Part shown: positions 26,597 to 35,311 of the stretch, piece after piece
Layout of the letters: every line of letters begins with the position of its first letter
Position numbering within the stretch: the first letter of the stretch is position 1
IMG/VR virus record: IMGVR_UViG_3300021966_000008
Location: 1-35,311 of that record
DNA: 35,311 nt
Strand: one strand, 5' to 3'
From: a virus
Taxonomy: Duplodnaviria > Caudoviricetes
Translations under genes and position numbers: made by a program
Notes under the pieces: model-generated
The model's database searches: none
What the model was told of the DNA's origin: nothing
Seen by the model: only the letters and a program-made list of their open reading frames with translations

Positions 26597-28420
26597 TTAG
26601 GCTTCAGATCCAGAAGCTGCAGCCTTAACAGTAACAGCAATAGCAGCATGTGGGATTGTCAAGGCACCAGATAGACGTGTTTCAATTAGGTACTTGTATT
26701 GGTTAAAGTCAATATCAAAGTCATCAAATGATGTAACTTCTCCACCCTTAGTTGAACCAACAGTATAGTCACTTAAATTGACAATAATCATTTGACCTTC
26801 CGCTAAGAATGTTGTTGGTACAATTTCCTTAACCCCAAGACGAGTTGCAATATTAACGTCTGAAGGAATGTCACCAAATAGGAAACGACCATCATTAGCT
26901 TTAAGCAACTTAAGATCTGCCAATGTGTGTGGGTTGATAAATAGTGAAGGAACACCTGAACCTTGGTAGTCAGCCATCGCTTTAATAACTGTTTCAATTA
27001 ATGAAGCAACGTCTGGTGATTCTGATTTGATTGTGTATAGGTCATCATCAGTAAGAATTGGACGAATCTTATCAGCCTTGATCTTGTCTTCAGCTGTAAC
27101 TTCACGACCATCACCAACTAAGATAGCACGAGCAATTTCTTCGTTAAGCATTTCTCTCATTTCACCATTGATCCAGGCAACAGTATCAAAGTCAGTAATG
27201 TCAACAATGTCGTCACGATCTAACTTTTGTTTCTTGTAGACAGTTTGTGGTTCTGTTGTACGTGTCAAGATAGGGAATACTTCTTCAAGCTTTTCTTTAC
27301 CTTTAATATAACCTTTGGCACGAGCAGTAGCAGGTGTTAAGTCGGCTACAAATGTCTTAACTCTTGAGAATGGTGATTTAGAAATTCCATTAACAATCTT
27401 ATCAGCATTACCTTGTCCAGCATGATAAAGAACGGGAGCACCTGTGATGTTTTGTGCTTCAGGGAATAATTTTTCAACATTTGTGATTGAGTGCTTAATA
27501 ATAGAATCCTTTAATGTTCCTAAATCCTTAGCATCAGCTAGAACATCGTTAAGATCAGAATGTGTTAGTGTTTCACCTTGTGAGCCAGATTCAAATACGT
27601 TGTGTGTCATTGTTGTATCTCCTTTTTTTAACTTAGTTTTGTCGACAGTTTTTGTATCATCTTCAGATGTGTCTTGTGACACAGGTTCAGGCTTGTCATC
27701 ACCATCATCTGGTTTGTCAGAGTTGTTTGTAGCTGTGTCTTCAATAGCCATGGCAATTAACGATTCAACAGTCATCTTTTGCTCGTCAGTCATTGCATTG
27801 TAAACGTCTGCAATAGTCTTATCATCGTCACTTGTATCTGTTGATGTAGGTGGTACTTGTTTTTGGTCTGTATCTGTTGTTTCTGGATCATCTTGTTGTT
27901 TCTTCTTTTGGTCATCAGTGTTCATATCTGGTGATTCCTCCTTTTTATTAAGTACATCATTGGCTGAATGAATCAGGTTTCCTGGATAAATGATGCCTTC
28001 TTCATTATCTCCTGTTGCAGAGTGTTTAACAACGGTGTCAATTAATGCACCAGGGTTCGCACCAGCAAGAACAAGACTTACTTCATAAATATTTCCATGA
28101 ATTACGTCATGACCGTTGGACGCCCGTTGAACATGGTTGGCAGCAATGGACATTGCACTAATGTCTCCGTGTTCGATTAAAGAACGAGCGTGGTTAGCTT
28201 CATCGGTATCATTGAAATGCCCATAACCATACACACCCTCATCCTCATTCGAAAGGTTCACATGACCCAATACGTTTGATGGAGTATTCGAGTCGTGCTC
28301 CCAAACCAATGGGACAACCTTATCAGCATTGCTTAGAAAAGCATCATGCTTAATGACTACACCATCAGCACACAGGATATCATTCTTTGTAACCCATCCT
28401 GCGAAATCATAATCTTTCAT
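26597..28420 (-). CDS. prohead protease - scaffold - major capsid protein fusion (HK97 fold)
   Basis: VPLVWEH, MSI, EVSLVLAGANPGA (HK97-type protease); acidic linker; EIARAILVGDG, YLIETRLSG. Confidence 0.88.
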   Translation of the reverse strand: MKDYDFAGWVTKNDILCADGVVIKHDAFLSNADKVVPLVWEHDSNTPSNVLGHVNLSNEDEGVYGYGHFNDTDEANHARSLIEHGDISAMSIAANHVQRASNGHDVIHGNIYEVSLVLAGANPGALIDTVVKHSATGDNEEGIIYPGNLIHSANDVLNKKEESPDMNTDDQKKKQQDDPETTDTDQKQVPPTSTDTSDDDKTIADVYNAMTDEQKMTVESLIAMAIEDTATNNSDKPDDGDDKPEPVSQDTSEDDTKTVDKTKLKKGDTTMTHNVFESGSQGETLTHSDLNDVLADAKDLGTLKDSIIKHSITNVEKLFPEAQNITGAPVLYHAGQGNADKIVNGISKSPFSRVKTFVADLTPATARAKGYIKGKEKLEEVFPILTRTTEPQTVYKKQKLDRDDIVDITDFDTVAWINGEMREMLNEEIARAILVGDGREVTAEDKIKADKIRPILTDDDLYTIKSESPDVASLIETVIKAMADYQGSGVPSLFINPHTLADLKLLKANDGRFLFGDIPSDVNIATRLGVKEIVPTTFLAEGQMIIVNLSDYTVGSTKGGEVTSFDDFDIDFNQYKYLIETRLSGALTIPHAAIAVTVKAAASGSEA

Positions 28421-28443
28421 CTAGATCCTTCCTTTCTATGAGT

Positions 28444-29703
28444 TTATTCACCATTTTGACTATCTGCAGCTGGGGGCGTGAGTGACCCAGTATCAAATCC
28501 TGTTGGATCGGCAAGAGCTGTAGCCTGATTAACGTCCGCAATATTACGGTTGGCAAGTTGATCAGCATCAGGACTGGAGTTTGGACTAAATCCAATAATT
28601 CCACGAATCTCATTTGGAGTGAGAATAGCATTACGTGAGAATGTGTCTGCAATACTAGCTAGCTGCTCAACTGGAACTAGTTTAAATGGATCTCTGTAGG
28701 CCACAAGTTTTTGTCCTTGAGTCCGAGCAGTTTTTGTCAGAAATTTTCGTGTAAACTCGGAAGTAACGGCTTCTAGAATTGGATCAATCGTACGGTTATA
28801 GTATGCTCGCATTTCCGCTTCATTTGCTGTCCCGTTAAACACATTTTCTGTGAGTCCTATTTCATTGTAGAATTCCTTTGTTAAATACTCAATTTCACTT
28901 TGCATGTTTGGAGCTATTGGACGATTTAGTTGGGTGATCTTCTCTGAAGCATCCACGTAACCAATGCCATACTTGTTACTTTCGTCCATTTGCTTCTGTA
29001 ACAGCTCAACACGTTGCTTTGCCATCTTAGTACGTTCAGCACCTTTAACAGTATATGGCAGTTGCAATATAAGATTTAACTTTCCACTAGACTCTAGATC
29101 ATCAAGGTTATCAGCAATTGCTAACTTCCTAATGAGCCGTCTTAATGTTCCGTTGTTTCCATTAACTACACTGTACAAAGGATTCTGAATAATACCAACC
29201 GTTGACTTTGGTAACGTTATCTCTTCTTCTCGACCTGTTTGGTCATTATATAGTGACACTCGAACAGCTCTTGGATACCAGGTAACAACTCTACCTACTC
29301 TCATTGATACAATATCGTATGATTCCGTCTTCAATAATGACTTGGTTGTATCTACCGGTACAATAGCTACGACACCATAGTCAAGTAATGAATATACTAA
29401 ATCATGCATAAAACTTCGACCCGTTTGATCGACGTTTGCTTCATCTCTCAAGCACTTTTGTAAACCAGAGTCAACCTTAGTTTGATTTCCGGTTTCTGTA
29501 TCCTCTTTAACATGCAGAATATTAACCATAGATGAATCAATGGCAATCCTATTAAAAACGGTACTAGCCAGAGAAGATTCAGATAATGCATGACGTCGAA
29601 TCAATGCTGAATTACTTCCATATCCATACTCTAAATTAGAGTTACTGACATCTTTGGATGTGAACGCATTCCAAGCACTTTTGAATCTATCTGTTAGACC
29701 CAT
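28444..29703 (-). CDS. portal protein
   Basis: Between TerL and protease; ILTPNEIR. Confidence 0.85.
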   Translation of the reverse strand: MGLTDRFKSAWNAFTSKDVSNSNLEYGYGSNSALIRRHALSESSLASTVFNRIAIDSSMVNILHVKEDTETGNQTKVDSGLQKCLRDEANVDQTGRSFMHDLVYSLLDYGVVAIVPVDTTKSLLKTESYDIVSMRVGRVVTWYPRAVRVSLYNDQTGREEEITLPKSTVGIIQNPLYSVVNGNNGTLRRLIRKLAIADNLDDLESSGKLNLILQLPYTVKGAERTKMAKQRVELLQKQMDESNKYGIGYVDASEKITQLNRPIAPNMQSEIEYLTKEFYNEIGLTENVFNGTANEAEMRAYYNRTIDPILEAVTSEFTRKFLTKTARTQGQKLVAYRDPFKLVPVEQLASIADTFSRNAILTPNEIRGIIGFSPNSSPDADQLANRNIADVNQATALADPTGFDTGSLTPPAADSQNGE

Positions 29704-31430
29704 TACATGAATACCTCCTTATTACGATTGTAAGCTACCCATGCATCAATCAAAGCAGCAACATTATCAATCTTCTCGTCAGAACGTTTCTTAGACAATT
29801 TTAGATTACCATTATTATCCTCTATTGCAACTGCATTTCCCATTGAGAAGCTCATCAACGACTCATCAAAGATTAAACAATTTGCTTGAGCAAGATTCTT
29901 GAGATCACCCATGGGAACAGATTCAGTTCTAGCACCTTGACGTACCTTTTCCAATCCATAGGATCCATTATATATCTTCCACGATTCAATAAACTCATAA
30001 GAATTGTATGGATCATATCCCAAGGCTTCAATAATGTACTCGTGCTTATCAATGAACTCATTAAGATCATCGAACACCTTTTTCATGTCCAATGTTGGAT
30101 CATCCATAATAATTAATGAACCTTCTTCAACAAATTCTTGATATTTGATTTGCATGGCTGATGTTAGCTTCCTTACTTTTGAATCTGATACGTATGAACG
30201 AGTTTTGATTCCGTATTTTCCATTCTCCAATGGGAATAAGAATGTAAAGGCACAGAAGTCATCACCCTGTGACAAATCGGCTCCTAGAATTGAGCTCATC
30301 CCGTTATAATTCTGTTTAGCTTTTGTTGGTAAAGTTTCCTCATAGACAAAGTAGTAGGTGTATCCTTCAACTGGTATACCAAATCTTTTTGCTAGCATAT
30401 CATTACGTTTAGATGGTGCAGCCGCTGCCTCATCAACCTCTCTTTGATACGCATCATAACTTACAGTAGCTCCAAGATTAGGATTTGCTTTAAGCCATAA
30501 CTCAGGTTCATTCACTTCATCAAGATTATCCAGTTTGTAGTACCAGATTGAAACGTGTGGATTAAACGTATCTCCATGTAGTATGTTTTCTAACTCCATT
30601 TTGATTGTATCACCAACACCGTCACGATCTGTTCCCTCAGAACTGGTAGCTACAATCGTGTAATCCTTAACCTTTGAGGCACCTTGCTCAACGGCTCCAA
30701 TCACGTCCTCTTTGACATGACCAGAAAGCCATTCATCAACAACATTAACTTTGGTTCTCAAACCTTGCAACTTATCAACAGACATCGGACGAACCTCTAA
30801 CAAAGAGTTGGTTAGAAAGTTCTCAATCCCTTTCTTTGTTGAAGCCATCCCAACCTTAGACCATGAGTTTGATTCTACTGAGCCATCTGTTAAGAATTTA
30901 AACAAAGGTCCAGGGGATCTTGACAGAGCTGTTCGAATAGGTCCCATCGTCTCATTAGCTTGCTTCATTGTTGGAGCGGTGACTAATTGATGCGTGGTAG
31001 TTCGATCCATAACCAAGTTATAAGCTTGTATAAAAGAATCGTACATCGACTTAGCAGCGCCACGTCCAACTATTAGGAATTGCTTGTTTACCAATCTTCG
31101 TTTAACAGTATGGATCTCGTATCTACGGTCCTGTTGATTGTAGAACTTCTCATCACTGTAATAGAACCATGACAATAATGATTCTGCCCATAGTTTAAAT
31201 GAGGGCAATAACTTAACTGGTGAACCGTCTGTTAAAGTCATTTCAGTTTCACAGAACTTAACGAACCCATCTATTGCTTCATCGTCATAATAATACTCGT
31301 TACTATTGATGAGGAAGTCTATTCGATTCATCTCTAGGGACACCTCTTTATTAACAGGAATTTCACCATCAAGAACTTGGTTTCTAAATTCATTGTAATA
31401 TCGAGGAACAGCTGTATTAGATAATGTCAT
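29703..31430 (-). CDS. terL: terminase large subunit
   Basis: VGRGAAKS Walker A, VVDE Walker B, KANPNLG, GADLS, YDPY, KIDNVAA. Confidence 0.92.
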   Translation of the reverse strand: MTLSNTAVPRYYNEFRNQVLDGEIPVNKEVSLEMNRIDFLINSNEYYYDDEAIDGFVKFCETEMTLTDGSPVKLLPSFKLWAESLLSWFYYSDEKFYNQQDRRYEIHTVKRRLVNKQFLIVGRGAAKSMYDSFIQAYNLVMDRTTTHQLVTAPTMKQANETMGPIRTALSRSPGPLFKFLTDGSVESNSWSKVGMASTKKGIENFLTNSLLEVRPMSVDKLQGLRTKVNVVDEWLSGHVKEDVIGAVEQGASKVKDYTIVATSSEGTDRDGVGDTIKMELENILHGDTFNPHVSIWYYKLDNLDEVNEPELWLKANPNLGATVSYDAYQREVDEAAAAPSKRNDMLAKRFGIPVEGYTYYFVYEETLPTKAKQNYNGMSSILGADLSQGDDFCAFTFLFPLENGKYGIKTRSYVSDSKVRKLTSAMQIKYQEFVEEGSLIIMDDPTLDMKKVFDDLNEFIDKHEYIIEALGYDPYNSYEFIESWKIYNGSYGLEKVRQGARTESVPMGDLKNLAQANCLIFDESLMSFSMGNAVAIEDNNGNLKLSKKRSDEKIDNVAALIDAWVAYNRNKEVFM

Positions 31431-31450
31431 AGACTCACCTCCTTGTACAC

Positions 31451-31903
31451 TTAGCTATTTTGTTTATGCTTCTTATAGGCAGTTGTTCCTGCAGCAACCA
31501 ATGCACTTGCAACTAATCCAGTCAATTCTCGATTTCCATTTTGTGTTGGCACTTTCATTCGTCCAACTTGTTGAATGTACTGTCGTCCTTTTGATCGTCT
31601 AGCTGATTGTGCTTGTGCTGTTTGAACCTGTCGTTGGAACTCATTTTCTAGTCTTAATCTTGATACAGCTGTTGATATTTCTTGATTCGACATTTCGCCT
31701 CGACGGTCATACATCTTAGACCATCCCTTAGCTCGTTTTCTACTTGCCTTGGCGTATGCCTTATCTTCTTTTCGTTGTTGACGTGCGTTAGGCTCTCCTG
31801 TTGACTGAACCCTTTGTCTAACACCCCAACGCATTCCTTTTATTCCATGATGTTGAATGTCTGCTACTAGCTTATCAACATACACACTGTCTACATCTAC
31901 CAT
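31451..31903 (-). CDS. basic protein with N-terminal HHGIKGMRWG motif (putative internal virion protein)
   Basis: DIQHHGIKGMRWGVR resembles the KLKHYGVKRRSG start of the RNAP-like protein. Confidence 0.7.
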   Translation of the reverse strand: MVDVDSVYVDKLVADIQHHGIKGMRWGVRQRVQSTGEPNARQQRKEDKAYAKASRKRAKGWSKMYDRRGEMSNQEISTAVSRLRLENEFQRQVQTAQAQSARRSKGRQYIQQVGRMKVPTQNGNRELTGLVASALVAAGTTAYKKHKQNS

Positions 31904-31909
31904 TTATTA

Positions 31910-32266
31910 TCACCTCCTTTCAAGTTCATCTGGAGTTAATAATTGTTCAGATCTCCAAAGAAGTTCTTTTGCTGCTTCGTTCATTGCGGAAAGAGTGGTA
32001 GGCTGTGGCGGATCAAATAAAACTTTTGTCTTCAAATACACGTACTGCTTAAGAAGTACAGATGTTTCATTTTTCTTTTTGTCGTCAGGACTTAGTACAG
32101 TATCCCAATCGGTGTCAGCATCAACAAGTTGTATTGGGGCAATAGTGCCAACTTGACTAAATGCTGCCATTGACGAATTTATGTCTGTTAATAACTCGGC
32201 ATCAAATCCATCGTCGTCTTTTGATACATTTAATATATCTTTTACATCAGCAAGAACTTTTACCAT
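31910..32266 (-). CDS. head-tail connector/adaptor
   Basis: LADVK..L, FDAEL...IN, YVYLKTKVLFDPP, ELLWR. Confidence 0.65.
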   Translation of the reverse strand: MVKVLADVKDILNVSKDDDGFDAELLTDINSSMAAFSQVGTIAPIQLVDADTDWDTVLSPDDKKKNETSVLLKQYVYLKTKVLFDPPQPTTLSAMNEAAKELLWRSEQLLTPDELERR

Positions 32267-32652
32267 AATTGTGTATCACCAGGCTTTCTATCTATTGGAT
32301 TTTCGTATATGGTTCCTTTATGATAGTGCAATTCATTATGTGTTTCATAAGATACACATATCAAATTTTCAGGATTAACTAAATTCTCAGTATGCTCGTA
32401 TAAGTCATCTTCTGTAATAGGATTAATATGATGCACAATGATACGTCCAGCAATATCGCATCCCATAACTGCCAAGTCACATCCGAGATCCCTACGTATT
32501 ATTTCTTTTCGCACCTTAACCCATCCTGGTGACTTGTAAAAACCTTCAGCAATGGCTCTTGGGGAATCAATCTCTCCATGTAGAGCTAAATATTTAAACC
32601 GATCACCGTATGAATCATATGTTAAGGCTTCTGAATAACTACGTCTCGTCAT
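32260..32652 (-). CDS. HNH endonuclease (packaging-associated)
   Basis: W.KVR..II.RD, VHHINP, NLICVS...HNELH; start uncertain. Confidence 0.85.
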   Translation of the reverse strand: MTRRSYSEALTYDSYGDRFKYLALHGEIDSPRAIAEGFYKSPGWVKVRKEIIRRDLGCDLAVMGCDIAGRIIVHHINPITEDDLYEHTENLVNPENLICVSYETHNELHYHKGTIYENPIDRKPGDTQLW

Positions 32653-32950
32653 TTTTACTGCCATACCCTCGAAGTGCCTCAATGGCCTCAGTATATAATC
32701 CACTCTTATCCTCAGCATTAACAATACTATCTGCTTTTGCTTTAACTAGCTTGGATTGACTTCTTAATACCTCTTGTTCCAACTGATCTCTCTGTGTAGC
32801 CATTTTTAAGAAGTGCGTAATGACTGAAGGAGAGGCTGTTCCATCTTTTAATTGCTTGGCTGCTAAATCAACTGCTAAACTAATTAATTGATTCTCTCTA
32901 GCGGTTGGATTTAACGAGGCTTTCTCTTTTCTCTTCTTTTTCTCAACCAT
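32639..32950 (-). CDS. putative terminase small subunit
   Basis: RENQLISLAVDLA.KQL.DGTAS; small helical protein upstream of HNH/TerL. Confidence 0.5.
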   Translation of the reverse strand: MVEKKKRKEKASLNPTARENQLISLAVDLAAKQLKDGTASPSVITHFLKMATQRDQLEQEVLRSQSKLVKAKADSIVNAEDKSGLYTEAIEALRGYGSKNDET

Positions 32951-32961
32951 ATTGTTTACCT

Positions 32962-33273
32962 CTATCTAGATGCTTGTCGAATAGCATTCACAGTTGCATT
33001 GATATAGTCAGAAGCCTGTTCTGGTGTAATCTTGATTCCTACTTCTGATGCATATTCAATTAGTTTAACACAACCTGCAGAATGCTTTTCATCATTATCC
33101 TTATTTAAATCTTGATCAAGTGATCGTGTTATAACTTCTGCCCGATCAGCCAATACTTTAACACGTTGACTTCGTGTCTTTGCAGATATTAAATGTGCAA
33201 CAGCTGTTGCTATAGGCAATAATGAAATTATAACAGTCACAATTGATATCATAGTTGTAATAAATGTACCCAC
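32962..33273 (-). CDS. holin, LL-H-like
   Basis: Single N-terminal TM then A...V..L.Q...EK...A...GIKIT.EQ...INATV. Confidence 0.65.
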   Translation of the reverse strand: MGTFITTMISIVTVIISLLPIATAVAHLISAKTRSQRVKVLADRAEVITRSLDQDLNKDNDEKHSAGCVKLIEYASEVGIKITPEQASDYINATVNAIRQASR

Positions 33274-33285
33274 ACTCTTTCACCT

Positions 33286-33693
33286 CTATTTTGTATTGTC
33301 AGGATTTCCATCTGTATCTTCATCTTCTAAGCTTTGCAAATACTTCTCTACTTTTTTTGTGACAAAACTATTACCGCCAAGCTTCCTATACTTTTTATAG
33401 AAGTACGATACTTCACTTGCTGACAAGCGACGAGATTCAATCCCTTCTAGTATCTGAAGACGAACAATCTCTTTAGTTGTATCACGGTAACGTTCCTCGT
33501 TTAACTCATGTTCCTGGTTTAATTGACTTTTCATTTCATCAATCATTATTTTATGGTTGTCATCAACACGCTTATCAATTCTATTGACCATGTGATACAA
33601 CGTCACCATAATTGATGACACTATGGCAATTATTTCAGGAGTAAAAATGTGACCAAGGGTATAATCTAGCCACTTAACAAACATCATACGCAT
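33286..33693 (-). CDS. membrane protein, holin-associated
   Basis: N-terminal TM, coiled coil, YKKYRKLGGNS; RBS AAAGGAGG; start 33693 or 33687. Confidence 0.65.
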   Translation of the reverse strand: MRMMFVKWLDYTLGHIFTPEIIAIVSSIMVTLYHMVNRIDKRVDDNHKIMIDEMKSQLNQEHELNEERYRDTTKEIVRLQILEGIESRRLSASEVSYFYKKYRKLGGNSFVTKKVEKYLQSLEDEDTDGNPDNTK

Positions 33694-33702
33694 CACCCTC
33701 CT

Positions 33703-33876
33703 TTCATGCCCTTAATAGAAATTCCTACACGACTTTAACATTAGTTGTGTAAGGGGATCAAACACACTCATACTAATTATGTGTATTCTTGAAGGGATTA
33801 CCGATAGTTTAGTATGAGTTAGGCCGTAGTTAAAGCCAGACATGGGTTGTGTAGGAACCTCTATGAAAGGCATGAA
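33703..33876 (-). ncRNA. putative 174-nt rod-like structured RNA or 5' leader
   Basis: ~30-bp closing stem with G-U pairs on the minus strand, nested CTTTAAC/GTTAAAG and ACTCATACTAA/TTAGTATGAGT helices. Confidence 0.6.
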
Positions 33877-33907
33877 GCGAACAGTAATGCGAACACATGT
33901 TCCCAAA

Positions 33908-33984
33908 TGACCCCCGGAGAAAATAGGGATAGCTAGGACGATCATGGGCGGGCGCGAATTTTTTGCGCACCTCCCCTTGGGTCT
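33908..33984. other. putative cos / packaging region
   Basis: GC-rich island (minus: GGGGAGGTGCGC-A6-TTCGCGCCCGCCC...TTTTCTCCGGGGG) in non-coding DNA upstream of the TerS-HNH-TerL module. Confidence 0.4.
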
Positions 33985-34006
33985 TTCATTTTTTTATTTT
34001 TATATT

Positions 34007-34231
34007 TTATTTTGTTTCGTCGAGTTTGTAAATTCCTAAAACATCATTCTTTAAAATTTCTTGAATTGCTGTATCAATCAATTCTTCTGCGTCATCATCA
34101 TCAGCATCGACCGGAACATTGGCAACACGAGCAAGGTACTCGGCTGTGAAGTAGCCATGGTCTTGATCCCATTGCTGCCACTTCTCATAGTCCTTCGATG
34201 GTTGATACGGATTGTCTATTGTTGTTAGCAT
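34007..34231 (-). CDS. small acidic protein downstream of the RNAP-like gene
   Basis: MLTTIDNPYQP...W..WD...GYFTAEYLARVA; RBS AGGAG. Confidence 0.75.
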   Translation of the reverse strand: MLTTIDNPYQPSKDYEKWQQWDQDHGYFTAEYLARVANVPVDADDDDAEELIDTAIQEILKNDVLGIYKLDETK

Positions 34232-34240
34232 GTTGTTCTC

Positions 34241-35311
34241 CTATCCTTTAACTAATCTACTCAACGTTGACTGAGAGACACCAAGCGACTGTGCTACTTC
34301 TGCCTGAGTGTAGCCTCTACTCAATAGGGACTTAGCACGAGATAGCTTAGCTGAACTCATAGTAGTTCTAGCATGAGGTGTAGCTAACTCTTGTACCTTT
34401 GTCATGTCAGCGTTGTTCAATACTTTCTCTAGCATGTTATTACTTATGGCTCCTGCTTGAATAGCTTCCCATTCTTTAGGTGTGATAGTAACAACAGACT
34501 TAGATGCTTTAGCCTTTGCTCTTCCTGTAGCAAGTGCCTGGGACTTAAGCTTCTTTATTTGATCTGGTGACATATCTTCTGTTCTATTTTTATAGTAAAT
34601 GTCGGATGCTAGAATTTGAGCACGACGTTCACGAGGTGCATTAGATATGGATATGTTTACTTTGGTCTCTAAGGATTTAACCTCTTTAGAATATAACTTA
34701 GAGGCTTCCTTATTTCTAACGACTGGATGAATATGATTAGCCTGGTTTCTGGCAGATGATTCTAATTTCTTAAGACTATTAACATATGAAGCATATGCAT
34801 TCTCAACTTCTGTACCTGAAGATAATGTACGAGCATCCTTTGTCTTAAGCATTAATGATTCAGTCTTGCCTCGCTTAATCTTTGTTGTTACTTTGCCAGT
34901 CTTCTTATCAACAACCTTAACTTCTTTAGAAGGAAGTTGATACTGCTTCTTGGATCTTGAGATCAAAGTTGATGCACCAACATGTGACTTTCCTTTTGAA
35001 TCTGTCCAACTCTGGTATTTCTTTTGTAATGCGGCAATACCATTATCTTTTGCTGACTGCTTCCAATCAAGTTGATGCTTCTCAGAATCAATGACAACCA
35101 TTGAATGTCTAACAGCACGAGTTAGTTCAGCAGTAGATGCACCTTTGATTGTCATGTCAGTAATAAGGTTCGATACAACACCCATCTGAGTTTGCTTCTG
35201 TCGTGGACTGATTGTCTTCTTACCAACAGAATAGGAGTTTGGATCAAAGTTCTCAAGACCTTTTAGACTGGATGTTGCCTTAATACGTTTTGAGTTATTA
35301 GGTATTAGATA
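34241..35311 (-). CDS. 3' part of the RNA polymerase-like protein, with C-terminal HTH
   Basis: In frame with 1546->1 across the overlap; MGVVSNLITDM, HSMVVIDSEKH, GYTQAEVAQSLGVSQSTLSRL. Confidence 0.85.
   Translation of the reverse strand, partial: YLIPNNSKRIKATSSLKGLENFDPNSYSVGKKTISPRQKQTQMGVVSNLITDMTIKGASTAELTRAVRHSMVVIDSEKHQLDWKQSAKDNGIAALQKKYQSWTDSKGKSHVGASTLISRSKKQYQLPSKEVKVVDKKTGKVTTKIKRGKTESLMLKTKDARTLSSGTEVENAYASYVNSLKKLESSARNQANHIHPVVRNKEASKLYSKEVKSLETKVNISISNAPRERRAQILASDIYYKNRTEDMSPDQIKKLKSQALATGRAKAKASKSVVTITPKEWEAIQAGAISNNMLEKVLNNADMTKVQELATPHARTTMSSAKLSRAKSLLSRGYTQAEVAQSLGVSQSTLSRLVKG

Noticed and set aside
33712-33945. 77-aa ORF
   Set aside because: No RBS, no recognisable protein features, and it overlaps the structured RNA and putative cos region
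34241-35185. 314-aa stand-alone HTH protein from the ORF track
   Set aside because: The frame stays open upstream through the junction to ATG 1546; it is the C-terminal part of the RNAP-like protein
35257-35311. 55-bp direct terminal repeat as a biological genome end
   Set aside because: It falls inside a continuous ORF and its length matches a common assembler k-mer; best read as circular overlap

Overview
This window is an apparently complete, circularly assembled ~35.26 kb genome of a low-GC, tailed (sipho-type) phage; bases 1-55 repeat bases 35257-35311. I could support genes only on the minus strand, and I see no integrase or repressor, so it looks virulent. The GH25/CW_7 lysin and LL-H-like holin suggest a Gram-positive Bacillota host. 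Gene order in reading direction: putative cos region, structured RNA, membrane protein/holin, TerS, HNH, TerL, portal, protease-scaffold-capsid fusion, tail genes with an embedded endolysin, tape measure, Dit/Tal/RBP, an early region, a four-gene paralog array, a candidate origin, a helicase-primase-PolB fusion, SSB, SNF2 helicase, two nucleases, and an ~853-aa protein split by the contig end. The ORF track shows only the last 314 aa of that protein, which carries RYP and GADFDGD motifs of a two-barrel (YonO/cellular RdRP-like) RNA polymerase plus several HTH motifs. The main candidate system links this polymerase to four copies of a promoter-like motif (CGCA[A/G][G/A]AAAAACATACCCTATAGTAGAG), each closed soon after by a terminator. 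Their cargo is two pairs of small genes, a tRNA-like RNA with an abnormal anticodon loop, and a 6-codon attenuator-like leader before SSB. All functional calls come from reading motifs by eye; no searches were run.
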